Source: Armatimonadota bacterium (GTDB taxonomy: Bacteria > Armatimonadota > Armatimonadia > Armatimonadales > Armatimonadaceae). Taken from it: a stretch of DNA of 27,287 bases. The notes under the pieces are model-generated. The model was not told the origin of the DNA and made no database searches. It saw only the letters and a list, made by a program, of their open reading frames with translations. Made by a program: the position numbers and the translations under genes. Location: the NCBI GenBank assembly GCA_041192625.1, contig JBEEMN010000001.1, positions 1 to 27,287 on the forward strand, written 5' to 3'. Position 1 is the stretch's first letter. Each line of letters opens with the position of its first letter. Shown here one piece after another: positions 1 through 7,800 of this stretch.

Positions 1-887
1 AGGCCCATCTTGCCGGAAAGCTTTCCGACATTGGTCTCATGTTGCTTCGAACGCCAGTCGGGTGTCACAACCGTCAGGAAGTATTCATCTTCAAGTGCTT
101 GGGTCATGACCTGCCCAAAGGATGAGCTGAGTGATGATGCAATCTGTGACTCTTGCTTATCGGCCACCAACGGAATGTACCAAAGGAGTGTTTCTAAGCC
201 GATTTCATCGTCGAAAGTTACATTCCCATTTGCATCGAAGAGACCGCCACCCTTTTGCAGGAGGATTGTCATCAGCTGGTCAACACCTGAGTCTGAAAAC
301 TCCGTGATGTACCGTTCACCGGGCTTTCTTACTTTCTTTCCCGCAGCGATAAAGCTGTCCCAAGTCGTAAGGTTTTCGGGTTTGAGCCCAAGCTCCGTAA
401 AAGCCTCCCGGTTGTAAGCAAGCATCACCGGATGAACATCGTGCGGCAGACCAAAAATACGGCCCTTATATGTGTAAGGAGTAAACCTCGCCCCGATGAT
501 GCGCTTATCGAGGCCTTCGGCCTTCAATGTATCGGTGATGTCCCAGAAGCCCACGTGTTCGACTGGTCCACGAAAGAAAGTCCCTGCGTTGCTGATCTCA
601 ATCTCGCAGACATCGGGGACATCGCCAGTCAATCCCGCCTGAAACGCGGCTTGCAGGCGCTGTGGAAGCCCCGTTCCGCTGACCAGCTGAACATCGATAA
701 CTTTGTCCGGATGCGCTTTTTGAAACTTGGGGAGTGCTTTGAGGTACGCATCGTAGTGCGTCGTCGAAAACGTCCAAAAGACAAGATCGGCCTTCTTGAC
801 GGTGCGATTTTGCGCTCCTAGCCAAATGCCGCTTGCGAGTGAAAGCGCGAGCATAAGTGCTGGCGCGGGTCCAAACGGAAATCTCAT
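1..887 (-). CDS. ABC transporter extracellular solute-binding protein, family 1 (sugar/oligosaccharide-binding); 3' end runs off the window
   Basis: Not in the ORF track (no stop in window). Manual translation from ATG at 887 is open to base 3: MRFPFGPAPALMLALSLASGIWLGAQNRTVKKADLVFWTFSTTHYDAYLKALPKFQKAHPDKVIDVQLVSG...VPDVCEIEIS...YKGRIFGLPHDVHPVMLAYNREAFTELGLKPENLTTWDSFIAAGKKV. It shows an N-terminal hydrophobic anchor, the 'L.FWTF' first strand, and the 'G..YGLP.D.....L.YN...F...G' and 'TWD.F..A' motifs of SBP_bac_1/8 proteins. ATG lies 1 nt after the upstream stop. Confidence 0.9.
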   Translation of the reverse strand, partial: MRFPFGPAPALMLALSLASGIWLGAQNRTVKKADLVFWTFSTTHYDAYLKALPKFQKAHPDKVIDVQLVSGTGLPQRLQAAFQAGLTGDVPDVCEIEISNAGTFFRGPVEHVGFWDITDTLKAEGLDKRIIGARFTPYTYKGRIFGLPHDVHPVMLAYNREAFTELGLKPENLTTWDSFIAAGKKVRKPGERYITEFSDSGVDQLMTILLQKGGGLFDANGNVTFDDEIGLETLLWYIPLVADKQESQIASSLSSSFGQVMTQALEDEYFLTVVTPDWRSKQHETNVGKLSGKMG

Positions 888-888
888 G

Positions 889-2091
889 TTAGCTACCTGG
901 CACGAATCTACCGGAATTGAGCCTGCCATCCGGGTCAAAAGCACTGCGAATTCCAGCATTCAAGTGGATGGCGCTGTCCGTAGCAGGAGGACCACACCAT
1001 GCAGCTGATCTGAGTTCAATCGGAGCTTCATCGATGAACCAGCTGGCTCCAAACAATGCACTACACTTGGCTACAGAATCGATTAGCTCGGCAGCATTAT
1101 CTGGAACGACAGGCCACGAGAATCCAATCCGGCCCGTCAGTGGAAGGATGGTGATAGTCCCACCTACCGCTAAAACACTTTCACGGAGCTTTGCGACAAT
1201 GTCAGCCGTCACCGATGGTAACGTCTGCAATCGAACGATGAGATTGCCTTCGATGGGATCTGGCAGATATTCGCCTTCAAAGGCTTGTGCAGATACATCT
1301 GTGCGGGCCGTGGTTGCCGCGCCGAACGCTGCAGCCGTGACAGCCTCGGTTGCGCCATGAAAGGTTATCGTCCCGTAGTCTGTGGCTTCCCCCGGTCTAC
1401 ACAGGATGACGGCCGACACGGGGTCCATCGCTGGCCTCAGATCAATCATCCAGCCAATCAGTTGCGATGCCGCTCCACTCGCAACGACACTTGCACGTGC
1501 CTCCGGCTTCGGCATCACACGGAAGGTCAGTTTTGTAAAGATGGCCAGCTGTCCGTTTGATCCCGTCAGAAGTTTCGGAAGATCGTAGCCAGTTACATTC
1601 TTGACAACGCGCCCACCGCCATGGATGAGGTTTCCAGCCATATCGACGGCTTCCACGCCAATCAATAGGTCGCGAACGGTGCCATAACCAGTGCTCAGGT
1701 AACCGGATGCCGCAGCTGCAACCATCCCACCGATTGTTGTCACAACAGGATAGGAAGGATCGATTGGCAGGTATTGATGATGCTCAGCAAGCATTACCTG
1801 AAGATCAATCAGGCGAGTCCCAGGTTTAACCGAGATCGTCATGTCATCGATGTCATGTTCGACCACTCCATTGAATGGCCGAAGATCGATGACGACAGGT
1901 GGCTTGGAGCAGGGCAACCCGGAAAGCTGTCCAGCTCCCCCGCCCCAAGGAACGACAGGATTGTCGTCGGCCTGAATGAGCGCTGCTTGCAGGCTTTCGA
2001 CCGAATCCACCTGAATGACGCGCACCGGCGCGTGTCCCAGTGCATCCTCCACATTTGACGGTGTCGGAACCAGTCCGTTCTCACGATTCAT
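889..2091 (-). CDS. FAD-binding oxidoreductase, VAO/PCMH family, GlcE (glycolate oxidase FAD subunit)-like
   Basis: Motifs PWGGG, 'DMTISVKPGTRL', 'TIGGMVAAAASG', 'YGTVRDLLIGVEAV..AG..IHGGGRVVKNVTGYDLPKLLTGSNGQL' and C-terminal 'FDPDGRLNSGRF' are typical of GlcE/GlcD-type FAD_binding_4 + FAD-oxidase_C proteins. The ATG overlaps the DUF1501 stop (TGATG). Confidence 0.85.
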   Translation of the reverse strand: MNRENGLVPTPSNVEDALGHAPVRVIQVDSVESLQAALIQADDNPVVPWGGGAGQLSGLPCSKPPVVIDLRPFNGVVEHDIDDMTISVKPGTRLIDLQVMLAEHHQYLPIDPSYPVVTTIGGMVAAAASGYLSTGYGTVRDLLIGVEAVDMAGNLIHGGGRVVKNVTGYDLPKLLTGSNGQLAIFTKLTFRVMPKPEARASVVASGAASQLIGWMIDLRPAMDPVSAVILCRPGEATDYGTITFHGATEAVTAAAFGAATTARTDVSAQAFEGEYLPDPIEGNLIVRLQTLPSVTADIVAKLRESVLAVGGTITILPLTGRIGFSWPVVPDNAAELIDSVAKCSALFGASWFIDEAPIELRSAAWCGPPATDSAIHLNAGIRSAFDPDGRLNSGRFVPGS

Positions 2092-3515
2092 CAGGCAATA
2101 ATCTTGTTTACAACTTCACCGTGCACATCGGTTAGACGATAGTCACGCCCTCCGTAACGGTACACAAGACGCGTATGATCGATGCCTAAAAGGTGCAACA
2201 TCGTTGCATGCAGGTCATGGAGGTGGACTTTATCCTCCTGAGCAAACCAGCCATAGTCATCCGTGTTTCCGTAAGTGATGCCACCCTTGACACCACCACC
2301 CGCCAGCCACATCGTGTAGCCATGCGGATTGTGGTCACGTCCATCCCCACCCTGTGCGGTTGGCGTCCGGCCGAACTCGCCGCCCCAGAGTACGAGGGTG
2401 TCTTCAAGCAATCCTCGCGACTTCAAGTCAGCCAGCAGGCCTGCGATCGGCAGGTCAACTTCGCGCGCATTCTTCTCATGATCATTTTTCAAGTTGCCGT
2501 GTTGGTCCCACTTGTACGAATGCGTCACCTGGACGAAGCGAACTCCAGCTTCACAGAAGCGCCTTGCCATGAGACATTGGCGACCGAAGTTGTCTGTAGG
2601 GTCATTTCCGATGCCGTACATATCGAGCGTCGCCTTGGACTCATTGGAAATGTCCATCAACTTTGGCGTCTCGGTCTGCATCCGGTAAGCAAGCTCAAAA
2701 GACTCAATACGTCCTTCGAGGTCAGGATCATGCCCAAAGTGAGCGAGCTGCTCTTTGTTCAGCCCTTGAAGAAGGTCAAGCTGCATCCGCTGCAGATTCC
2801 CCTTCAGTTCAGGGTTATCAATATGGCTGATTTTGGCATTCTTCGCACGAATCGAAGCGTTACCAATGGGTGTGCCCTGAGCATACGCCGGAAGAAAAGC
2901 ACTGGACCAGTTTTGCACGCCGCCATGCCCAAGCGTTGGACAGATGGTGATGAACCCCGGGAGGTTTTGGTTTTCCGTGCCAAGCCCATAGGTAAGCCAG
3001 CTGCCCATCGATGGCCGAACAAAGACATCGGAGCCCGTGTGCAACTTAAGCAACGCTCCGCCGTGCGCGGCATTCGACCCGTGAATACTCTTGATGACAC
3101 AAAGGTCATCGGCCATTTTGCCAACATTTGGGAAGAGATCGGAAACTTCAATGCCCGACTTACCGTAGCGTTTGAATTCCCATGGGCTCTTGAGGAGATT
3201 CCCAGTTTGCGCAAAGACGACACGAGGACGTGGCCCGGAGTATGGCTTTCCATGGTCACGCGTCAAGAGCGGCTTATGGTCGAAGGTGTCGACCTGACTT
3301 GGACCACCGTGCATGAAGACAAAGATAACCCGCTTTGCCTTTGGTTTGAAGTGCGGTGCTTTTGGCGCCAGTGGATTGATGTTCTTTGGCGGCGCAGCGA
3401 CGGCATTTGCGTGTAGCAGCCCTTGGAGAGCCAGGAGGCCAAATCCGCTAGCGGACTTATGGAGAAGCTCACGGCGCGATGTCACTGTTTCAAAACGATT
3501 ACATGATGTTGACAT
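2091..3515 (-). CDS. DUF1501 domain protein (alkaline phosphatase/sulfatase-like fold, Planctomycete-type) with twin-arginine-like N-terminus
   Basis: N-terminal SRRELL plus hydrophobic stretch; 'AKRVIFVFMHGGPSQVDTFDHKP', 'RPSMGSWLTYGLGTENQNLPGF', 'FGRQCLMARRFCEAGVRFVQV', 'WDQH', 'LEDTLVLWGGEFGRTP', 'GRDH', 'HDLHATMLHLLGIDH..L.YRY.GRD.RLTDV.G.VV'. RBS AGGAG overlaps the upstream TAG. Confidence 0.93.
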   Translation of the reverse strand: MSTSCNRFETVTSRRELLHKSASGFGLLALQGLLHANAVAAPPKNINPLAPKAPHFKPKAKRVIFVFMHGGPSQVDTFDHKPLLTRDHGKPYSGPRPRVVFAQTGNLLKSPWEFKRYGKSGIEVSDLFPNVGKMADDLCVIKSIHGSNAAHGGALLKLHTGSDVFVRPSMGSWLTYGLGTENQNLPGFITICPTLGHGGVQNWSSAFLPAYAQGTPIGNASIRAKNAKISHIDNPELKGNLQRMQLDLLQGLNKEQLAHFGHDPDLEGRIESFELAYRMQTETPKLMDISNESKATLDMYGIGNDPTDNFGRQCLMARRFCEAGVRFVQVTHSYKWDQHGNLKNDHEKNAREVDLPIAGLLADLKSRGLLEDTLVLWGGEFGRTPTAQGGDGRDHNPHGYTMWLAGGGVKGGITYGNTDDYGWFAQEDKVHLHDLHATMLHLLGIDHTRLVYRYGGRDYRLTDVHGEVVNKIIA

Positions 3516-3524
3516 GTGAGTCTC

Positions 3525-6329
3525 CTATTCCACGTAGGCAAAGCTATTTGATGCAAGCAATGCCTGACAATACACATCCCAAATACGCCGACGTCGCTCA
3601 GCGGGATCCGGTACAGCCTCTTCCAGCGTCAGCTCGTATGCAATGAAGAATCGTTGCGCAACTGCCTTTTCGGCATCGTTTTGTGGACGCCCAATGGCCT
3701 GATACGTGGCCGCATTCATGCGTTCATCTTCGGAAATGCCCGGAAGCGCGAGCATCCGTTGGGCAAACTTCCGGCTGAAATCAATCACCATTGGACTGTT
3801 CATCACGTAGAGCGCCTGCGGGGCAACTGTGGTTGGAGTCCTTGCGGCATTTACCATCGATGGATCACCAAAGTCGAAAGCCTGCAAGTAGTCGTAGACG
3901 GCGTTACGGATGACGGGGAGGTAAATACTCCGGCGTGGCGCATCGTAGCGTGCACCGTTTCCGGACTGGTCATTAGTGACATAGTCGCGATTGTTGGTAC
4001 CAAGGAACGTTCCCCCAAGGGTTTTATCGAGCTGTCCAGAGACAGCCAGCATCGCATCCCGGAGTGGCTCGGCATCCAGACGGCGACGGTTCGCCCGCCA
4101 CAGGAGCTGGTTTGCTGGATCGACAATCATTGGGTCTGCGACAAGACGCTTCTTCCCGCCAACAACTTCCATCGCCTTAGGTTTGACGCTGTACGCGACG
4201 CTGCTCTGCGCATAGGTGTCCGTGAGCATGAGGCGTTTGATGAAGCGCTTTACTGACCACTTATCATCAACGGCAAATGTAACCGCCAGCGTATCAAGAA
4301 GCTTTGGATTGGATGGCTTTTCACCACGGATTCCCCAGTTATCGGGGGTGCTTACGAGCCCAAGGCCAAACAAGTGGCGGAAGACCCGGTCCACCATGAC
4401 GCGGCTGGTCAACGGGTGGGATGATTTTGTCATCCACATCGCGAGCGACAACCGTCCACTCTTCTCAGGATCCGGCACAGGTGTGAAGTTTCCACCACAC
4501 AGCGCTGCGGGGAATCCGCGCGGTGCGACTTCACCAAGGGATTGCGTGTCACCGCGAACGTGAATCTTCACATCCTCAGGTTTCGCATCTTCAACCGCCA
4601 TTACAAAGACTGGCACAGGCTTCTTTGCAGCCGCACTTGCGAGATCCTTGTCAGCCTTTTCAGCAATGTTCTGAAGCGCTGCGACATCGGATGTGCCGAC
4701 AGGCAGCACCAAGTAACGGAAAAAGTGTGGAATCGGTCCACCGCGTGTAACACGGAGGAGGTTTTCGCCAGCATTCAGCTTGACGGTGCCAAGAACATCC
4801 CAAGCCTTACGGTCATCCCTGAACCCACCGGTATCACGTCCAGCGACGCCTGAGAGCTGCTTAGCCCCGTTGATAAAGATATCAACATTGCGGTTTTCAT
4901 TGCTGGCGTACTCGGATGCAAGCTTGTATTCACCTGTAGTCGGGACAGTGAGCTTGTACTCGATGTTCGCCGGGGAGCCTTCTGAGTTAATAGACCCGGG
5001 TCCGTAAGCATCCTTGGCAACATTTCCCTTGGTAAACGATGTTGCAGCAATAGCAGCGCCGCCGCTTGCCGTGAGTGCCTGCGTAACCGCTGCTCTTGCT
5101 TTGTCTGCTTTAGCACGCAGAGGGAGAAGGACATCGGATTCGTACTTGGCCGCTGATACCTTGGCATCCCCAGTCTCTACAGCACGTTCATTCCACGCGC
5201 TGACAAATCCGAGGTTTTCCATCGTTTTTGTCGACTTGAAAATACCCGCAAGTGCATAGTATTCCTTGGTCGAAATCGGGTCGAACTTGTGGTCATGGCA
5301 ACGCGCACATGCAATCGTCACGCCCATCACGGACTTTGAGACAACTTCGATCTGTTCATCCACGATGTCCATGACTAGCTTGGGCTTATCCTGCTCTGCA
5401 AGGACTTTGGGCCCGAGCGAGAGGTAACCGGTTGCGGTAAGCATGTCTGCCCGCTCAGCTTCGTTCCCTGGAGTTAGTAGGTCACCCGCAATCTGGTACT
5501 GAACAAAGCGATCGTATGGAAGGTCTTGATTGAGCGCATTTACAACCCAGTCACGGTAGCGGAACGCATTTCCGTGCGCAAGGTTTTCATCGAGGCCATT
5601 CGAATCTGCGTAGCGAGCAACATCCAGCCAGTGCCGCCCCCAGCGTTCACCGAATGCCGGGCTGGCCAGCAGCGTATCCACCACTTTACTGAAGGCATCT
5701 GGAGACTTGTCAGCCACAAATGCTTCCACATCCTTCGGTGCCGGGGGAAGACCGGTGATATCAAAGTAGGCTCGCCGTATCAACGTACGCTTGTCGGTAC
5801 GCGGAGCGGGTTTTAGACCGCTTGCTATAACCGGTGCACGGAGAAAGGCATCGATGTTCGTAGAAACCCCAGCGACCTTAGGTGCTGCGAAGCGCTTCGC
5901 AGGGATGAATGCCCAGTGGGTTGATGTCGAGCTGATGGCAGCAAGCGATTCGGGCCAGTGTGCGCCAGATGCGACCCAGCCTGTAAGGGCTGCGATCTCT
6001 GCCGCAGGAAGCTTGCCGGATGGCGGCATTTTATGCTTGCCTTCATAGCGGATCGCCTGTACCAGCGGGCTTGCGACTGCGTCACCTGGAAACACTGCCT
6101 TGACAGCACCTGCGGCGGTGTCGAGTCGCAGCCCACCAAGTGTTGTTTTTGAATTATGGCAAGGTACGCAGTGCTTGTGTAGGAGAGGGCGGATTCGTTT
6201 TTCGAAATCCAATTCCTCAGGACTGCCGACCTTAGCCGATGGAAGCTTTGCCTGCGGCGTGACCTGCCCAGCAACCACGGTCGATGCCACAGCGAAAATC
6301 CCCAAAATACCGAACAATGTACGATTCAA
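3525..6329 (-). CDS. Planctomycete-type cytochrome c protein: PSCyt1 + DUF1549 (PSCyt2) + CBM6/35-like insert + DUF1553 (PSD1)
   Basis: Signal peptide; CVPCH (6156-6170) and CARCHDHKFDP (5295-5309) heme-type motifs; DUF1549 motifs 'HWAF', 'LIRRAYFDITGLPP', 'FGERWGRHWLDVARYADSNG', 'YRDWVVNALNQDLPYDRFVQYQIAGD'; DUF1553 motifs 'GRLSLAMWMT...HPLTSRVMVDRVFRHLFGLGLVSTPDNWG..GEKPSNPKLLDTLA', 'RRRLDAEPLRDAMLAVSG', 'PQALYVMN'. TTG start with GGAG upstream. Confidence 0.92.
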   Translation of the reverse strand: MNRTLFGILGIFAVASTVVAGQVTPQAKLPSAKVGSPEELDFEKRIRPLLHKHCVPCHNSKTTLGGLRLDTAAGAVKAVFPGDAVASPLVQAIRYEGKHKMPPSGKLPAAEIAALTGWVASGAHWPESLAAISSTSTHWAFIPAKRFAAPKVAGVSTNIDAFLRAPVIASGLKPAPRTDKRTLIRRAYFDITGLPPAPKDVEAFVADKSPDAFSKVVDTLLASPAFGERWGRHWLDVARYADSNGLDENLAHGNAFRYRDWVVNALNQDLPYDRFVQYQIAGDLLTPGNEAERADMLTATGYLSLGPKVLAEQDKPKLVMDIVDEQIEVVSKSVMGVTIACARCHDHKFDPISTKEYYALAGIFKSTKTMENLGFVSAWNERAVETGDAKVSAAKYESDVLLPLRAKADKARAAVTQALTASGGAAIAATSFTKGNVAKDAYGPGSINSEGSPANIEYKLTVPTTGEYKLASEYASNENRNVDIFINGAKQLSGVAGRDTGGFRDDRKAWDVLGTVKLNAGENLLRVTRGGPIPHFFRYLVLPVGTSDVAALQNIAEKADKDLASAAAKKPVPVFVMAVEDAKPEDVKIHVRGDTQSLGEVAPRGFPAALCGGNFTPVPDPEKSGRLSLAMWMTKSSHPLTSRVMVDRVFRHLFGLGLVSTPDNWGIRGEKPSNPKLLDTLAVTFAVDDKWSVKRFIKRLMLTDTYAQSSVAYSVKPKAMEVVGGKKRLVADPMIVDPANQLLWRANRRRLDAEPLRDAMLAVSGQLDKTLGGTFLGTNNRDYVTNDQSGNGARYDAPRRSIYLPVIRNAVYDYLQAFDFGDPSMVNAARTPTTVAPQALYVMNSPMVIDFSRKFAQRMLALPGISEDERMNAATYQAIGRPQNDAEKAVAQRFFIAYELTLEEAVPDPAERRRRIWDVYCQALLASNSFAYVE

Positions 6330-6509
6330 CGCGATGACTCCATTGCCAAGATGATGTTGAGATACCAGATTTTTTAGTTTACTTTAGTCGCTTCGGCAAA
6401 CCAATACGTGGGCTGACCTATTTATAGAACCCGTTACAGCCTAGGAATGTCTATATGCAGACAGGATGTTCGTAATTACACCGAAAAACACTCATCCGCC
6501 CCAACCTAC

Positions 6510-6521
6510 CCAACCGGTTGG
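6510..6521. promoter_or_regulatory. Perfect 12-bp palindrome CCAACCGGTTGG; candidate transcription-factor operator
   Basis: Read directly in the divergent intergenic region 6330-6646; an extra CCAACC half-site lies at 6501-6506. The core fits the AANC-GNTT pattern of LacI-family operators. Confidence 0.45.
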
Positions 6522-6540
6522 ATAAAAATCAAAATCACTG

Positions 6541-6570
6541 TTGCTAATTCCACAAGTGCGCGATTATACT
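6541..6570 (+). promoter_or_regulatory. Putative sigma70-type promoter for the DUF1559 operon
   Basis: TTGCTA (6541-6546), 18-nt spacer, TATACT (6565-6570), 76 nt upstream of the ATG at 6647. Confidence 0.5.
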
Positions 6571-6646
6571 CCGATTGTTCATATTTAATTGAATGCGATG
6601 CACATCCAACGCAGGGTGTCATCCGCACTCTTAGAAGAGGTAATCC

Positions 6647-7504
6647 ATGCAGGGTACAAAGAGAGCGTTTACGCTCATCGAACTCCTCGTCGTTATTGCA
6701 ATTATTGCTATCTTGGCCGCGATTCTGTTCCCAGTCTTCGCACAGGCACGTGAAAAGGCCCGTCAAGCATCCTGTTTGTCAAACCTGAAGCAGCTCGGCC
6801 TCGGCATGATGATGTATGCCCAAGACTTTGACGAAGTCATGCCAACCGCATTCGTTGACTTCGGTGCTGGCATCAACGGTGGTGGTGTAGGTGTTGTTCC
6901 TTACGAGCACCAGCTGATGCCATACTTGAAGAATGACCAGATCTCCGGATGCCCATCCGACTCTGTCGCTCGCCCTGTACGTGGCTTGGGTGACTTTTTC
7001 GATGGCAACTACCAACGCCGTCGCCCTATGGTAAAGCGTTCTTACGGCTACGTTGGCCAGATCTGTACAGCAGAAGCAACCGCGCGCGGCCAATGGGATG
7101 ACCCAAACACCGGTATGTCCGCATGGGGCCAGGGCAAGTCCCTCGCTGCATTTGATGCACCAGCTGACACCATCTCCCTCGTTGAAGGATGGGGCCAAAA
7201 CGGTGGCGGCGAAGCAGAAACCTTCTACATCGGAACTCCTTGGGGCTCCCTGTTCACAGGTTGCGACACGTGGAAGCTTGCTGGACGTAACAAGCCAGCA
7301 CGGAACAACACTGACTTGGACGCATCCGGACAGTGCGCTGGTGACTTCAACGACAACGGCAAGCGGCCTGCTAAGGGTCACAGCGGTATGTCCAACTATG
7401 CATTCGCAGACGGCCACGTCAAGGCTCTGTCCTTCGGCGCTGTTCGTCAGAATGACTGGCGCTTGTTCAAGCTCGTCAAGCCACAGACCAACTACACCCC
7501 GTAG
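6647..7504 (+). CDS. DUF1559 (SBP_bac_10) family protein with prepilin-type N-terminal cleavage/methylation motif and C-terminal H-X9-DG motif
   Basis: KRA|[46 protein letters not shown]...MYAQDFDE; CPSD; C-terminal [15 protein letters not shown]; RBS AGAGG. Confidence 0.95.
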   Translation: MQGTKRAFTLIELLVVIAIIAILAAILFPVFAQAREKARQASCLSNLKQLGLGMMMYAQDFDEVMPTAFVDFGAGINGGGVGVVPYEHQLMPYLKNDQISGCPSDSVARPVRGLGDFFDGNYQRRRPMVKRSYGYVGQICTAEATARGQWDDPNTGMSAWGQGKSLAAFDAPADTISLVEGWGQNGGGEAETFYIGTPWGSLFTGCDTWKLAGRNKPARNNTDLDASGQCAGDFNDNGKRPAKGHSGMSNYAFADGHVKALSFGAVRQNDWRLFKLVKPQTNYTP

Positions 7505-7512
7505 GTATAACT

Positions 7513-7797
7513 GTGCATATGAAGACTACGTTAGTTGCTCTAACACTCTGTAGCTTCGCTGTAGTAGCAGTTTCTGGCTGTAACAAGCCAGAAGCTGCTC
7601 CTCCAGCGCCAGCGCCGACAACACCTGCACCAGATGCATCATCGCAGGGGGGACAAATCCTCCGCCCTTCAGGTGCTATGGGTGGTGGACAACAAGGTGG
7701 TGGCCTGCCAGCAAGCATGACTGCGCCTCCACCAAATGCACCACCAAGTGTCCAACAGCAAATGCAAAGGATGAATGGTGGTTTTGGTAACCGCTAA
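7513..7797 (+). CDS. Small low-complexity (Pro/Gly/Gln/Ala-rich) lipoprotein, unknown function
   Basis: Basic-hydrophobic leader ending in lipobox VSGC; the mature part is PAPAP/GGGQQGGG-rich. It fills the gap between flanking genes with 8-nt and 3-nt spacers. The start could be GTG 7513 or ATG 7519. Confidence 0.8.
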   Translation: MHMKTTLVALTLCSFAVVAVSGCNKPEAAPPAPAPTTPAPDASSQGGQILRPSGAMGGGQQGGGLPASMTAPPPNAPPSVQQQMQRMNGGFGNR

Positions 7798-7800
7798 GTC

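Noticed and set aside
10-821. Plus-strand ORFs 10-417 and 432-821 offered by the track
   Set aside because: The true gene is the minus-strand solute-binding protein, which the track missed because it has no stop codon in the window.
2193-3416. 407-aa plus-strand ORF
   Set aside because: It lies wholly antisense to the well-supported DUF1501 gene, has no recognisable motifs, and is a typical shadow frame caused by codon bias.
6330-6646. tRNA, riboswitch or other known ncRNA in the intergenic regions (also 17666-17893 and 26237-26453)
   Set aside because: I found no cloverleaf, T-loop or recognisable riboswitch consensus by eye; an Infernal/Rfam scan would be needed to exclude them formally.
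7513-7797. RiPP or bacteriocin precursor exported by the downstream ABC transporter
   Set aside because: It has a lipobox rather than a double-glycine leader, the transporter lacks a C39 peptidase domain, and no modifying enzymes are present.
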